From IMG/VR virus record IMGVR_UViG_3300045988_118427: a stretch of DNA of 57,006 bases; one strand, given 5' to 3'. This DNA comes from a virus. Below the pieces are notes generated by a model. It searched no databases, was not told the DNA's origin, and was given only the letters and a program-made list of their open reading frames with translations. This document shows, one piece after another, positions 16,361 through 24,376 of this stretch (positions are counted from its first letter, which is position 1; each line of letters begins with the position of its first letter). Made by a program: the position numbers and the translations under genes.

Positions 16361-16633
16361 ATAAGAACGGTGCAGGATGGCGTGAACGGTGAGGGACGGC
16401 GTGAAGAATGACCGGCAAATAAGAACGGCGTTATATATCCCCCCTATTGGAACACGGGGAACGGTTGCCCCACCTACCTGCGAAAAGGGTAGTCGCACAC
16501 AATAAACGCCCTCCCAGAAAAATGGTATAACCCCACTGCTACCCACATACCCCCCTGTTATTTGTATAAGAACCGCGTTTTATACATAGATGGTATAACC
16601 CCACTGCTATCCGCAAAGATGGTATAAGAACGG
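16361..16633. repeat. iteron-like cluster: ATGGTATAACCCCACTGCTA x2 (16522, 16590), a partial copy (16619), and ATAAGAACSG x4 (16361, 16419, 16566, 16624)
   Basis: Direct reading. Extra GAACGG/GGACGG motifs lie at about 16385-16462. Confidence 0.8.
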
Positions 16634-16657
16634 CAGTGCGTTACTACTTGCTACGCA

Positions 16658-16705
16658 AACCCGTCGTGCGCCGCACGACGGGTTATGACTCTACCTCCGG
16701 TAGAG
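16658..16705. other. two further perfect hairpins (11-bp AACCCGTCGTG/CACGACGGGTT and 7-bp CTCTACC/GGTAGAG)
   Basis: Direct reading. Confidence 0.7.
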
Positions 16706-16737
16706 CCAAAATAAAAACACCACGCCGAAGCGTGGTG
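16706..16737 (-). terminator. intrinsic terminator of the 17468->16804 cassette
   Basis: Minus strand reads CACCACGC-TTCG-GCGTGGTG followed by TTTTTATTTTGG. Confidence 0.8.
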
Positions 16738-16803
16738 TAGTATCGGCAACCTACCCCAATGACACGAGTGCCGCCCGCTGCATTGGTCGCCGACATCGGA
16801 ATA

Positions 16804-16971
16804 CTATCCACATGAGCAGTCCTCGTCAAGGCTGTATTTTTTGAACTCCTCCTCCGTCATCTTCTTATTCTCGACCACGATGGTAGGCTTCATTGGTGAG
16901 GCAGATGCCGAACCAACCTCAACTATATACCTGTCTGCCTGCACTTTTACTTCCGTGAAATAGGTTTCCAT
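16804..16971 (-). CDS. 55-aa small ORF, translationally coupled (TAATG) to 16971..17468
   Basis: My translation: METYFTEVKVQADRYIVEVGSASASPMKPTIVVENKKMTEEEFKKYSLDEDCSCG. Not in the track, apparently because it is short. Followed by the minus-strand terminator. Confidence 0.4.
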   Translation of the reverse strand: METYFTEVKVQADRYIVEVGSASASPMKPTIVVENKKMTEEEFKKYSLDEDCSCG

Positions 16972-17468
16972 TACTTGCCCTCCTCGATTTTTACCGTGGT
17001 ATTACTCTCATCATCCAAGCCCAAGTACCCATTCGTTGCCGAGAGCTTCGCTTGAGGCAGCCAATCTTCGCACTCGCACAGAGCGTCGCCCATTTTCAAC
17101 ACTGACTTGCCGGTAACGATATGGCCTGAACCCTCGACCTTGATACCCCTACCACTGGTCTTAGCCCCAGCATCTTTGGTAACGCCCTCTTCCATACTGT
17201 ACGAACCACCACTTCCGCTCTTGAGTGTGGTATCCTTTCCGAACGTAACGTAGTCCCAGAACCCGCCGTCCACAACACCGGCCTCGCCGACTTTGCTCCA
17301 GCGGTTATTATAATAAGGTGGGCAGCAACGCTCGAAGTTGCAGTCTTTAAAGACGCACCCCTTACCGAAATCGTTTGGCGCGAGGAACGTGCAGTTGGTA
17401 AAAACGCAGCCGTCCCCATGTGTGGTATTAGGTGGGAATGTGACCCCCTGATAAATTTTTCCGTCCAT
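16971..17468 (-). CDS. hypothetical protein with pentapeptide-repeat-like N-terminus
   Basis: 165 aa. CVFTNCTFLAPNDFGKGCVFKDCNFERC resembles 4-5 pentapeptide repeats. It is divergent from terS, with 12 nt between the starts. Confidence 0.45.
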   Translation of the reverse strand: MDGKIYQGVTFPPNTTHGDGCVFTNCTFLAPNDFGKGCVFKDCNFERCCPPYYNNRWSKVGEAGVVDGGFWDYVTFGKDTTLKSGSGGSYSMEEGVTKDAGAKTSGRGIKVEGSGHIVTGKSVLKMGDALCECEDWLPQAKLSATNGYLGLDDESNTTVKIEEGK

Positions 17469-17480
17469 GATGGTATCCCA

Positions 17481-17924
17481 ATGACAATAGATTTAGATTC
17501 GTTGGCCCGCGACATTGCGGTGCTGACCGCCAACAGATTATATAGTGAAGAAGAAATCGGCGCAGGCTATGACCTCTCGCCCTCCGACATCAAAAACCTT
17601 CTCGACGACCCCGACTTCAGCTCAAGGGTCTCGGCACACCGAGACAGGATAGGCGATGGTAGAACCGACCTGCTCCGCGCCCAAGCGAAATTGATGTCAG
17701 AATCTACCCTGCGAGACCTGTTCGAGATTGCGAGAAGCAACAAAGATAAAACCTCCGACAAGCTCAAGGCCATCGCCGCCCTCGCCGAAATCGCCGACAT
17801 CAAACCACGAAACGAGCAACAGTTCAGCGGCATGGTACTCAACGTCAACTTCGGCAGTGGTATGACACCGCCCTCAGTCGCCCAACTAACCCCTATGGAG
17901 GTCATCGAGCATGAGCAGCCTTAA
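17481..17924 (+). CDS. terS: terminase small subunit (putative)
   Basis: Start at ATG 17481 (MTIDLDSLARD). 147 aa with an HTH-like N-terminus and a helical middle. Overlaps and immediately precedes terL. Confidence 0.55.
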   Translation: MTIDLDSLARDIAVLTANRLYSEEEIGAGYDLSPSDIKNLLDDPDFSSRVSAHRDRIGDGRTDLLRAQAKLMSESTLRDLFEIARSNKDKTSDKLKAIAALAEIADIKPRNEQQFSGMVLNVNFGSGMTPPSVAQLTPMEVIEHEQP

Positions 17925-19827
17925 TATCGGTTTCGCACTGGACCAATACCCCACACTCAAACGCGCGTCGATGTCCACGGCATTGATTCGCCTAGTCAAA
18001 GGAGCTGCCGGTTCAGCCAAAACTTCTTGGGCAATCATGGAGTTACTGCGCTCTGCTCTGCTTCAGACCCCCTCTCCGCTGGACAAAACCCGATACTTCC
18101 GCGCCTTGGTCGTGAGGAATACCTATGCCCTCCTCAAATCGAACACCATTCCGTCTATGAAGAATATGTTTGGTCCGCTGTTGCAGGTCACGGAGGGTAG
18201 CCAGCCTTTTGGTAAGGTACGCGCACGTCTGCAAGACGGTACGGCTCTCGACATGGAGGTGCAGTTCTTAGCCCTCGACAGTGAGGACGCGCAGGACAAG
18301 CTCTTGGGTGCAGAGCCGACAATGGTGCTGTGTGACGAGTTGAACTTGATGCCGGAGAGCGTGGTCTTCGCTTTGGTGCGCCGTCTCGGTCGCTACCCCA
18401 GTGGTACGAAAGGTAAGGTGGATAGGACGGGTGTCATCGGTGTGTTCAATGGTCCGGTCAAAGGTTCATGGTTGCACAAGTGGTATCTCGGCGAGCGCGA
18501 CGCGCAGTTCGAGAAAGTGGCGAGGGAGATGGGTGTCGAGAAGTTGGTAGAGATGTTCAGCCAGCCGCCGGCATTGATTCCCCCTGCGGGATTCCCCAAC
18601 AGCCACGACCCCAACGACGAGTGGTTGCCCAATCCGGAGGCGGAGAACATTCAGAACCTTGCACAGGGATATGGTTACTACTACGCCATGCTCGCCGACC
18701 CCGACATGGGTAAGATACAGAGCTATGTGCTGGGCGAGTTCGCAGATGTGAAACACGGCAAGGTGGTGTTCCCAGAGTTCCATCGGGACGTGCATACGTT
18801 CCCAGCCGAGCGGGTCAACACCAAGGAGCTGCGGGATTACTATCTCGCTTTCGACTTCGGACGCACGCCGGTCTGCATCGTCGGCACACTGCTGTCCGAC
18901 GGTACGCTCATGGTATTGGACGAGTTCATGGGGGAGGACATGAGCGTCGAGCAGCTCTACCGCTCTACGGTGCGACCGGCACTCAAGCGGAACTACCCCA
19001 ACGGCGTGTGCGTCAGAGCCTACGGCGACCCAGCCGGTATGACCGGTGGTCAGAACATCAACCTGTCGCCGTTCGACGTGCTTCGCAAAGAGGGTGTGCC
19101 TATCGTCGCGCCGACACGCAGCAACAAGCTAGAGCCACGGCTCGCCGCCGTCCGCAGCTTCATGTCCTCACTGGGTACGGGTGGTAAGCCTAGACTGCTT
19201 ATACGAGATAACTGCCGCTTCCTCATTCAAGCACTGGCAGCCGACTACATCTACGAGAACCGAAGCGGCGGGCGCACCGCCGACACACCTACTAAGTCCC
19301 ACGTTGGATGGGTTAGTGACCTGTGTCTCGCTGCCGACACTATGATAGCCACCCCTAATGGTAGTGTACCGATTCAACATATCCGCGTAGGCGACGAAGT
19401 GCTGACGCGCAGCGGTGTCCGCAAGGTGCTGGCGGCGGCTATGACGAACCCTAGTGCCGAGGTGTTCGAATATGACATCGGTGGTATCAAACTGACGGCG
19501 ACCCCTAACCACCCCATGTTCGCAAATGGCGCGTTCCATACTATTGACAGCTTGGTGGGCAGCACTGTGTGCTGTAACATCGCCGACGGCGAGACCGAGC
19601 AACATGGTGTGACGGGTAAGCCGGTGTCAGTGAGTGTCGAGCGTGGGGAGCGTAGCATCGTGCCGGTGTACAACCTGACAGTGGAGACGGACAATGAGTA
19701 TTACGCCAACGGCGTGTTGGTACATAACTGCGACTCGCTCCAGTACATTGCGATGGGGCTGTTACTAGTCATGTCCACCGGCGACGATGACGTGACGCAG
19801 TACGAGACAGAGATAGAGTGGTGTTGA
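17911..19827 (+). CDS. terL: terminase large subunit, interrupted by a mini-intein
   Basis: Walker A KGAAGSAKT; Walker B MVLCDELN. Nuclease Asp motifs AFDFGRTP, YGDPAG and VSDL|intein|CDSLQYIAMG. Confidence 0.9.
   Translation: MSSLNIGFALDQYPTLKRASMSTALIRLVKGAAGSAKTSWAIMELLRSALLQTPSPLDKTRYFRALVVRNTYALLKSNTIPSMKNMFGPLLQVTEGSQPFGKVRARLQDGTALDMEVQFLALDSEDAQDKLLGAEPTMVLCDELNLMPESVVFALVRRLGRYPSGTKGKVDRTGVIGVFNGPVKGSWLHKWYLGERDAQFEKVAREMGVEKLVEMFSQPPALIPPAGFPNSHDPNDEWLPNPEAENIQNLAQGYGYYYAMLADPDMGKIQSYVLGEFADVKHGKVVFPEFHRDVHTFPAERVNTKELRDYYLAFDFGRTPVCIVGTLLSDGTLMVLDEFMGEDMSVEQLYRSTVRPALKRNYPNGVCVRAYGDPAGMTGGQNINLSPFDVLRKEGVPIVAPTRSNKLEPRLAAVRSFMSSLGTGGKPRLLIRDNCRFLIQALAADYIYENRSGGRTADTPTKSHVGWVSDLCLAADTMIATPNGSVPIQHIRVGDEVLTRSGVRKVLAAAMTNPSAEVFEYDIGGIKLTATPNHPMFANGAFHTIDSLVGSTVCCNIADGETEQHGVTGKPVSVSVERGERSIVPVYNLTVETDNEYYANGVLVHNCDSLQYIAMGLLLVMSTGDDDVTQYETEIEWC
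19324..19728 (+). other. class-1 mini-intein (135 aa, no homing endonuclease) within terL
   Basis: Block A CLAADTMIATPNG. Block B LTATPNHPMF. Blocks F/G VPVYNLTVETDNEYYANGVLVHN, followed by +1 Cys (CDSLQY). In frame with terL. Confidence 0.88.
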
Positions 19828-19930
19828 CAGATACAGTAACAGTATGGCATAGTCGCACCATCACAGATTGTGATTTCTGATTTTGTTCATTTATCTCCTT
19901 GACGGCCTAATCTGCAAACAAACGGCTTGC

Positions 19931-19967
19931 GCCCCCCCCCCTTGTACGGGGGGGGCTTCTTTTTTGG
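19931..19967 (+). terminator. intrinsic terminator T1 after terL
   Basis: GCCCCCCCC(CC)TTGTAC GGGGGGGGC followed by TTCTTTTTTGG. Confidence 0.85.
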
Positions 19968-20007
19968 TACACTACCGGCTCGTCCATTCTTTGAAATCAA
20001 CACTTCG

Positions 20008-20035
20008 CCCGACTTCCACAGTCGGGTTATTTTTT
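20008..20035 (+). terminator. intrinsic terminator T2 after terL
   Basis: CCCGAC-TTCCACA-GTCGGG followed by TTATTTTTT. Confidence 0.75.
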
Positions 20036-20086
20036 GGTATCATGGGGTTCACACTGTTTGATTAACCCTAACCAAAGGAGGTCGTC

Positions 20087-20158
20087 ATGACTACCAAGAA
20101 AGCACGTTGCAACGGTAAACGTACCGGTTGTGCGTCCAACGGCACTGCACGAGGTTAA
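20087..20158 (+). CDS. 23-codon basic micro-ORF upstream of portal (MTTKKARCNGKRTGCASNGTARG)
   Basis: Consensus SD AAAGGAGG sits 6 nt before the ATG. The stop is 2 nt before the portal ATG. Confidence 0.35.
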   Translation: MTTKKARCNGKRTGCASNGTARG

Positions 20159-20160
20159 GT

Positions 20161-22083
20161 ATGGACGAGAGCCTTATTGACACGCTGGGCGATATGGTCG
20201 TTTCACGCTTCCGTAAGGCTCGTGAAGCCAAGATGCCCCACTATAACGATATGATGGACTGCCTCAAGTTGATGAACGGGCAGCCATTAACCGCGCCATC
20301 TGGGGACGGACCGGACATCGTTATGGATATTAGTTCCCCAATCGTAAAGAATATTGTTGGTCTGATACGCGACATCTTCGTCGGCTCGACCGCGCAGCCC
20401 TACACCATTAACGCCACGCCGGTGGTTGACCTGCCGGAAGACGTGGAAGCGCAACTGCTGGAGAAAATAGAGCGCGAGCTTGAGACATTCATCGCCATCA
20501 ACGGTGGCGACGTTAACGCAGTACGCGCCCAAGTGTCCGAGATGCGGGCAGCTATACAGCTCGAAGAGAACCGCAAGGCGAGTGTGGCAGCAGACCGGCT
20601 TCGCACCATCATTGCCGACCGGCTGTACGACGCAGACTGGGAGGCGCAGTTCATCGACTTCATCGACCACTTCTGCATTTACCCTGCGGCGATTATGAAA
20701 GCCCCTGCGGTAAACACCCGCACCGTCATGCGTTGGGATGGTACAACCGTGTCGCCTACAACCGAGACCGTGCGTCAGGTCGAGAACATTTCCCCGTTCG
20801 ACTTTTTCCCTGCCCCTTACGCTACTGACATTCAGACGGCGGATTACGTCATTGAACGCCGCCGGTTGACCCGCAACGAGTTGCTCCAGTTGGGTAGTGC
20901 CTCCGGTTACGACGTGGACGTGATTGCCGAGGTGTTCGAGGCGAACCCGAACGGCGCACCCCTACCTTATGGTTCTGTGGACGATGACGACATCTCCGAC
21001 ACCGACATCGGGGATAAGACCGACCTCGATGCGTATGATGCTTTGGGTTACTACGGACGTATCCGCAACGACCTGCTCGCCGAGTATGGTATTCAGTTCG
21101 CGGAAGAGGAGATGCACGGTGCATCCGAGGCAGAGGTGTGGGTTGTCGGCGGTCGCGTGATTAAGTGCCTGCTGAACCCTGACCCGTTGGGCCGCCGTCC
21201 GTTCTACAAAGCCTGCTTCGAGAAAGTGCCTAGTTCGTTTTGGGGCGCGTCCCCAGCGATGAAGCTGCGCGATACGCAGCGTGTGTGTACGGCTTCCGTC
21301 CGTGCGTTGGTACGCAATATGCAGTATTCCAGTGGTCCTATCGGCGAGGTACGCAAGGGCGCGGTCAAGGACGGCCATGCACCTAACGCAATTATTCCGC
21401 ACACCATACGCGTGGTAGAGGAAGATACGTTCGGTAGCGGCGCACCCGCCTACCGCTTCTATACTGTGCCGTCGCTGTCCAACGAGCTTGTCGCCCTGTT
21501 CGATAAGTTCATGGGTTACGGCTACGAGCTGATTGGTATTCCCCGTGTTGCTTTCGGTTCTCCGCAAGGGTTGGGTACGTTGGGGCGTACCGCCGGTGGC
21601 GTGTCCATCATTCTGAACCAGTCCACCAAAGCAATTAAGCAGGCACTGCGTATGATTGAGTCCGGCCTGATTGAGCCGGTGGTTCAAGAGTTTATCAACT
21701 ACGAGATTCGCACCAGTAACGACCCAGATATTCGTGGTGACATTCGTGTGTTCGCCCGTGGCGTTTCCGGCTTGATGGAACAAGAGGGTAAGAACGGCGA
21801 CCTTGAGTGGGCGTTGCAGTCTATCTCCAGTATGGTCGGTGTGGTTGACCCAGCTACCCAACAGCCGGTCGTTCCGATTACGGCGGTGCAACGTATCTTG
21901 TACACCATGTTCAAGAACAAGGGCTTGTCAACAGAGGGTATCTTCCCCGACTTCGACCGCCAAGAAGCCTTTGGCGAGCTTACCGGTCAACCGATGCCGC
22001 AAGACCCTGCCGGCGGTGTGCCTGATTTACAGGGGCGCAGCCCTAATGCTGAAGCGGCTATTGCTGCCGCCAACGGAGGTTAA
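20161..22083 (+). CDS. portal protein (putative)
   Basis: 640 aa from ATG 20161 (MDESLIDTLG; GAGG SD); the track starts at TTG 20128. Called from size and position after terL. Confidence 0.6.
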   Translation: MDESLIDTLGDMVVSRFRKAREAKMPHYNDMMDCLKLMNGQPLTAPSGDGPDIVMDISSPIVKNIVGLIRDIFVGSTAQPYTINATPVVDLPEDVEAQLLEKIERELETFIAINGGDVNAVRAQVSEMRAAIQLEENRKASVAADRLRTIIADRLYDADWEAQFIDFIDHFCIYPAAIMKAPAVNTRTVMRWDGTTVSPTTETVRQVENISPFDFFPAPYATDIQTADYVIERRRLTRNELLQLGSASGYDVDVIAEVFEANPNGAPLPYGSVDDDDISDTDIGDKTDLDAYDALGYYGRIRNDLLAEYGIQFAEEEMHGASEAEVWVVGGRVIKCLLNPDPLGRRPFYKACFEKVPSSFWGASPAMKLRDTQRVCTASVRALVRNMQYSSGPIGEVRKGAVKDGHAPNAIIPHTIRVVEEDTFGSGAPAYRFYTVPSLSNELVALFDKFMGYGYELIGIPRVAFGSPQGLGTLGRTAGGVSIILNQSTKAIKQALRMIESGLIEPVVQEFINYEIRTSNDPDIRGDIRVFARGVSGLMEQEGKNGDLEWALQSISSMVGVVDPATQQPVVPITAVQRILYTMFKNKGLSTEGIFPDFDRQEAFGELTGQPMPQDPAGGVPDLQGRSPNAEAAIAAANGG

Positions 22084-22085
22084 TT

Positions 22086-22502
22086 ATGCTTACATCTAAA
22101 TGCGACTCGACCGTTATCACTATGGTGGTGGAGGGCAAGCCGATTGATATTGGCAGCACTACAAAGCTGTACCCGCACATCGAAGAACCCATGCCTGTGC
22201 GTATCGGTCCTGTGACTACACCGTTTATGCTGCATACGACAACCTCTGACGAGGGTATGCCCTGCGTAAGATTGAACGTCGAACGGGTGGTAGAGTGTCC
22301 GAACGGGTGTGATGTGAGTGAATTTAAGTACCCGTTCCCTTTGGGCTGCGGGGCTTCTCACTTGCTACCGGCAGGCGTATATGATATAACTGTGTGCAAA
22401 CAAGAGAATACGTCACTAAAAATAGGCGACGTGATTGACTTAACCTTAATGGTAGAACCTGTCACTGACAGCTTCGCCTCCATTTACTTGAGTAAGGTGT
22501 AG
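22086..22502 (+). CDS. hypothetical head-module protein
   Basis: 138 aa. GGAGG SD. Contains LPAGVYDITV. Confidence 0.5.
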   Translation: MLTSKCDSTVITMVVEGKPIDIGSTTKLYPHIEEPMPVRIGPVTTPFMLHTTTSDEGMPCVRLNVERVVECPNGCDVSEFKYPFPLGCGASHLLPAGVYDITVCKQENTSLKIGDVIDLTLMVEPVTDSFASIYLSKV

Positions 22503-22503
22503 C

Positions 22504-22758
22504 ATGAGTGCGAACCGTCTTAACCTGCCCGAAAGTACAGGCCGTGCGATTCAGTTGAGTCGCAAAGAAGCCAGTACCTTGATGGGCTTTCAGCGTTCGG
22601 CGTATGCTGCGCCGATTAAAGAAATCTTGTTGAAAGTGCTGGATGACAGCCGCGTAGTCAACGAGACCGAGACTGCCGCCGAAGAGAACCGTATGCGTGT
22701 CGCTGCGGTTAAGGACATTTTGGAAACCCTGTTCACGGGTAAGGTGGAATTAGAATGA
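22504..22758 (+). CDS. hypothetical head-module protein
   Basis: 84-aa ORF. Confidence 0.45.
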   Translation: MSANRLNLPESTGRAIQLSRKEASTLMGFQRSAYAAPIKEILLKVLDDSRVVNETETAAEENRMRVAAVKDILETLFTGKVELE

Positions 22759-23045
22759 AGAAGCCTGAAGCTATTTTAGTGACCCCATGTCGCGCCGTGG
22801 TGGTCTCCGGTGTTGACTTGCAAGAGGGCGATAAGTTCATCGTCCATCGCGTCATTGACAGCGAGTGCGCTATGGAAGATGCAAAGGACATTCCGTTCTC
22901 TCCATGTGGTAAGGTAGTCACACTTGATATGACCCATAACCCAGTCATGATTGACATGGCGGGTTATTACCGTATTTATCCCGATGGTGTGGTAAGTGAT
23001 ACAGCGTCCCTGTACATCGACCGCATTTCGTCCTGCGAGAAATGA
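22755..23045 (+). CDS. hypothetical head-module protein
   Basis: 96 aa. Contains MAGYYRIYPDG. Confidence 0.45.
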   Translation: MKKPEAILVTPCRAVVVSGVDLQEGDKFIVHRVIDSECAMEDAKDIPFSPCGKVVTLDMTHNPVMIDMAGYYRIYPDGVVSDTASLYIDRISSCEK

Positions 23046-23046
23046 T

Positions 23047-23280
23047 ATGAATCATCGTACACGACTTGGACTTATTTCTTCTGACGACCAAGCTGCCGCT
23101 CGTGATGGGTTGTCTCGCCTGCGTTCAAACCGCGACTTTGAGGCTTTGATTGCTTTGCTTGAACAAGAGTTGGTAATTGAGCGCGAGTTGTATGAGACAC
23201 GCACAGCGGACGACCACCAACGTGGGCAGGTTGTCATGTTGAAGAAAGTCATTGACCTTTTAGAAACTGGAGACAAATAA
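23047..23280 (+). CDS. hypothetical head-module protein
   Basis: Start at ATG 23047 (MNHRTRLG). 77 aa, helical. Confidence 0.45.
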   Translation: MNHRTRLGLISSDDQAAARDGLSRLRSNRDFEALIALLEQELVIERELYETRTADDHQRGQVVMLKKVIDLLETGDK

Positions 23281-23283
23281 CCT

Positions 23284-24351
23284 ATGCCTACCGATTCATA
23301 CTTTGGTATCGAAGAAGCGTTGACTTCCGCCGGTATCAACCCCACAGCCGCCCCAGTGGTAGAGCAAAATCCTGCGCCAAGCGTTGCGCCGGAGCAACAA
23401 CCCGCGCCTGTACAGGAACAAATCCCGCCCGCAGACGATGAAATCTACGACGATATAAGTGATTACGTTGCCGATGGTGGTAATATTGATGTAGGTACTG
23501 CGGCAAACCCGCCGCAGCAAACCGAAGCACCACGCCAGCAACCGACCATCACTCCTGAAATCGCGGCCCTGCTCCAACAAAATCAAGCACTGTTACAACA
23601 ACAGTTTGCTGCCTCGCAGAAATCGAATGAAGACCGCGTAGCCGAGTTGGAAGCGAAACTTCGTGCTTATGAGCAGAAGCCTGCCGATACGGAAGCAAAA
23701 CCGTGGTATGAGGGTATCGAAATCCCTGAACTGCCTAAAGAGCAACTTGAAGCCTACGCCGGTTCGCTGCCTGTTATCGAGGCGATTGCCGCGCGTAAAG
23801 CTGTCGAGATTGCCAAACGCCTTGAAGCCGAACGCCTGAATCCTTTGGCTCGCCAGTTCGACGAGACCGTTCAACCGCTTCAAGCGCAAATGCAACAGCA
23901 AGAAGAACTCCGCGCCATCAATGCGCGTCAGCAGTACAACCAAGCCATCGCAGCGAAATTACCGTGGTTGCGCGATGCCGTTAACACTGCTGAATATGCA
24001 CAGTATTACAACGCAGTTGTACCGAACACCGGCGGTTTGACCCGCGCAGCTTTGGTACAGAACGCAGAAGCTGTGGGCAACGTAGATGCCGTTGTCGATT
24101 TGTTGTCAGGTTTCAAACCTGCGCAACCCGTATCGCAAGAGCAACTGACCGCCCCTGGCCGAAGCAATGCAATCAACTATTCCCAACAGGCTACCGCCGC
24201 CCAGCCTAAAGGAAAACGTGGCATGAAATTGTCAACGTATAACCGCGCCCTGCAAGACTTCTCCAATGGCAAAATGTCGCCTGAGCAATTCGCTAAATAC
24301 GAAAATGCTTGGAACACCGCGCTACTCAACGGTGTAGCGGTAATGGACTAA
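23284..24351 (+). CDS. scaffolding protein (putative)
   Basis: 355 aa. Q/A/E-rich and predicted coiled coil. Lies immediately upstream of the capsid gene. Confidence 0.55.
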   Translation: MPTDSYFGIEEALTSAGINPTAAPVVEQNPAPSVAPEQQPAPVQEQIPPADDEIYDDISDYVADGGNIDVGTAANPPQQTEAPRQQPTITPEIAALLQQNQALLQQQFAASQKSNEDRVAELEAKLRAYEQKPADTEAKPWYEGIEIPELPKEQLEAYAGSLPVIEAIAARKAVEIAKRLEAERLNPLARQFDETVQPLQAQMQQQEELRAINARQQYNQAIAAKLPWLRDAVNTAEYAQYYNAVVPNTGGLTRAALVQNAEAVGNVDAVVDLLSGFKPAQPVSQEQLTAPGRSNAINYSQQATAAQPKGKRGMKLSTYNRALQDFSNGKMSPEQFAKYENAWNTALLNGVAVMD

Positions 24352-24376
24352 CTCTCTTTTAACATGAGGTAAAATT

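Noticed and set aside
16253-16546. 97-aa minus-strand ORF spanning the iteron cluster
   Set aside because: It is made of the direct repeats themselves. It has no SD, and no gene context follows it before the AT-rich block.
16361-16633. Possible CRISPR-like array
   Set aside because: The repeats are few, of two different kinds, irregularly spaced and partly fused. There is no repeat-spacer periodicity and no cas genes.
16802-16810. DnaA-box-like TATCCACA
   Set aside because: It is a single 8/9 match overlapping a stop codon, with no cluster of boxes.
20128-20160. TTG start for the portal ORF given by the track
   Set aside because: ATG 20161 has a GAGG SD. The upstream extension overlaps the SD-preceded micro-ORF in another frame.
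20962-21891. Long antisense ORFs inside large genes (also 2842-3654, 8288-8899, 32465-33091, 37352-38056, 43733-44347, 46826-47515)
   Set aside because: These are shadow ORFs typical of GC-rich coding DNA. Each is fully embedded in a better-supported gene with recognisable motifs on the other strand.
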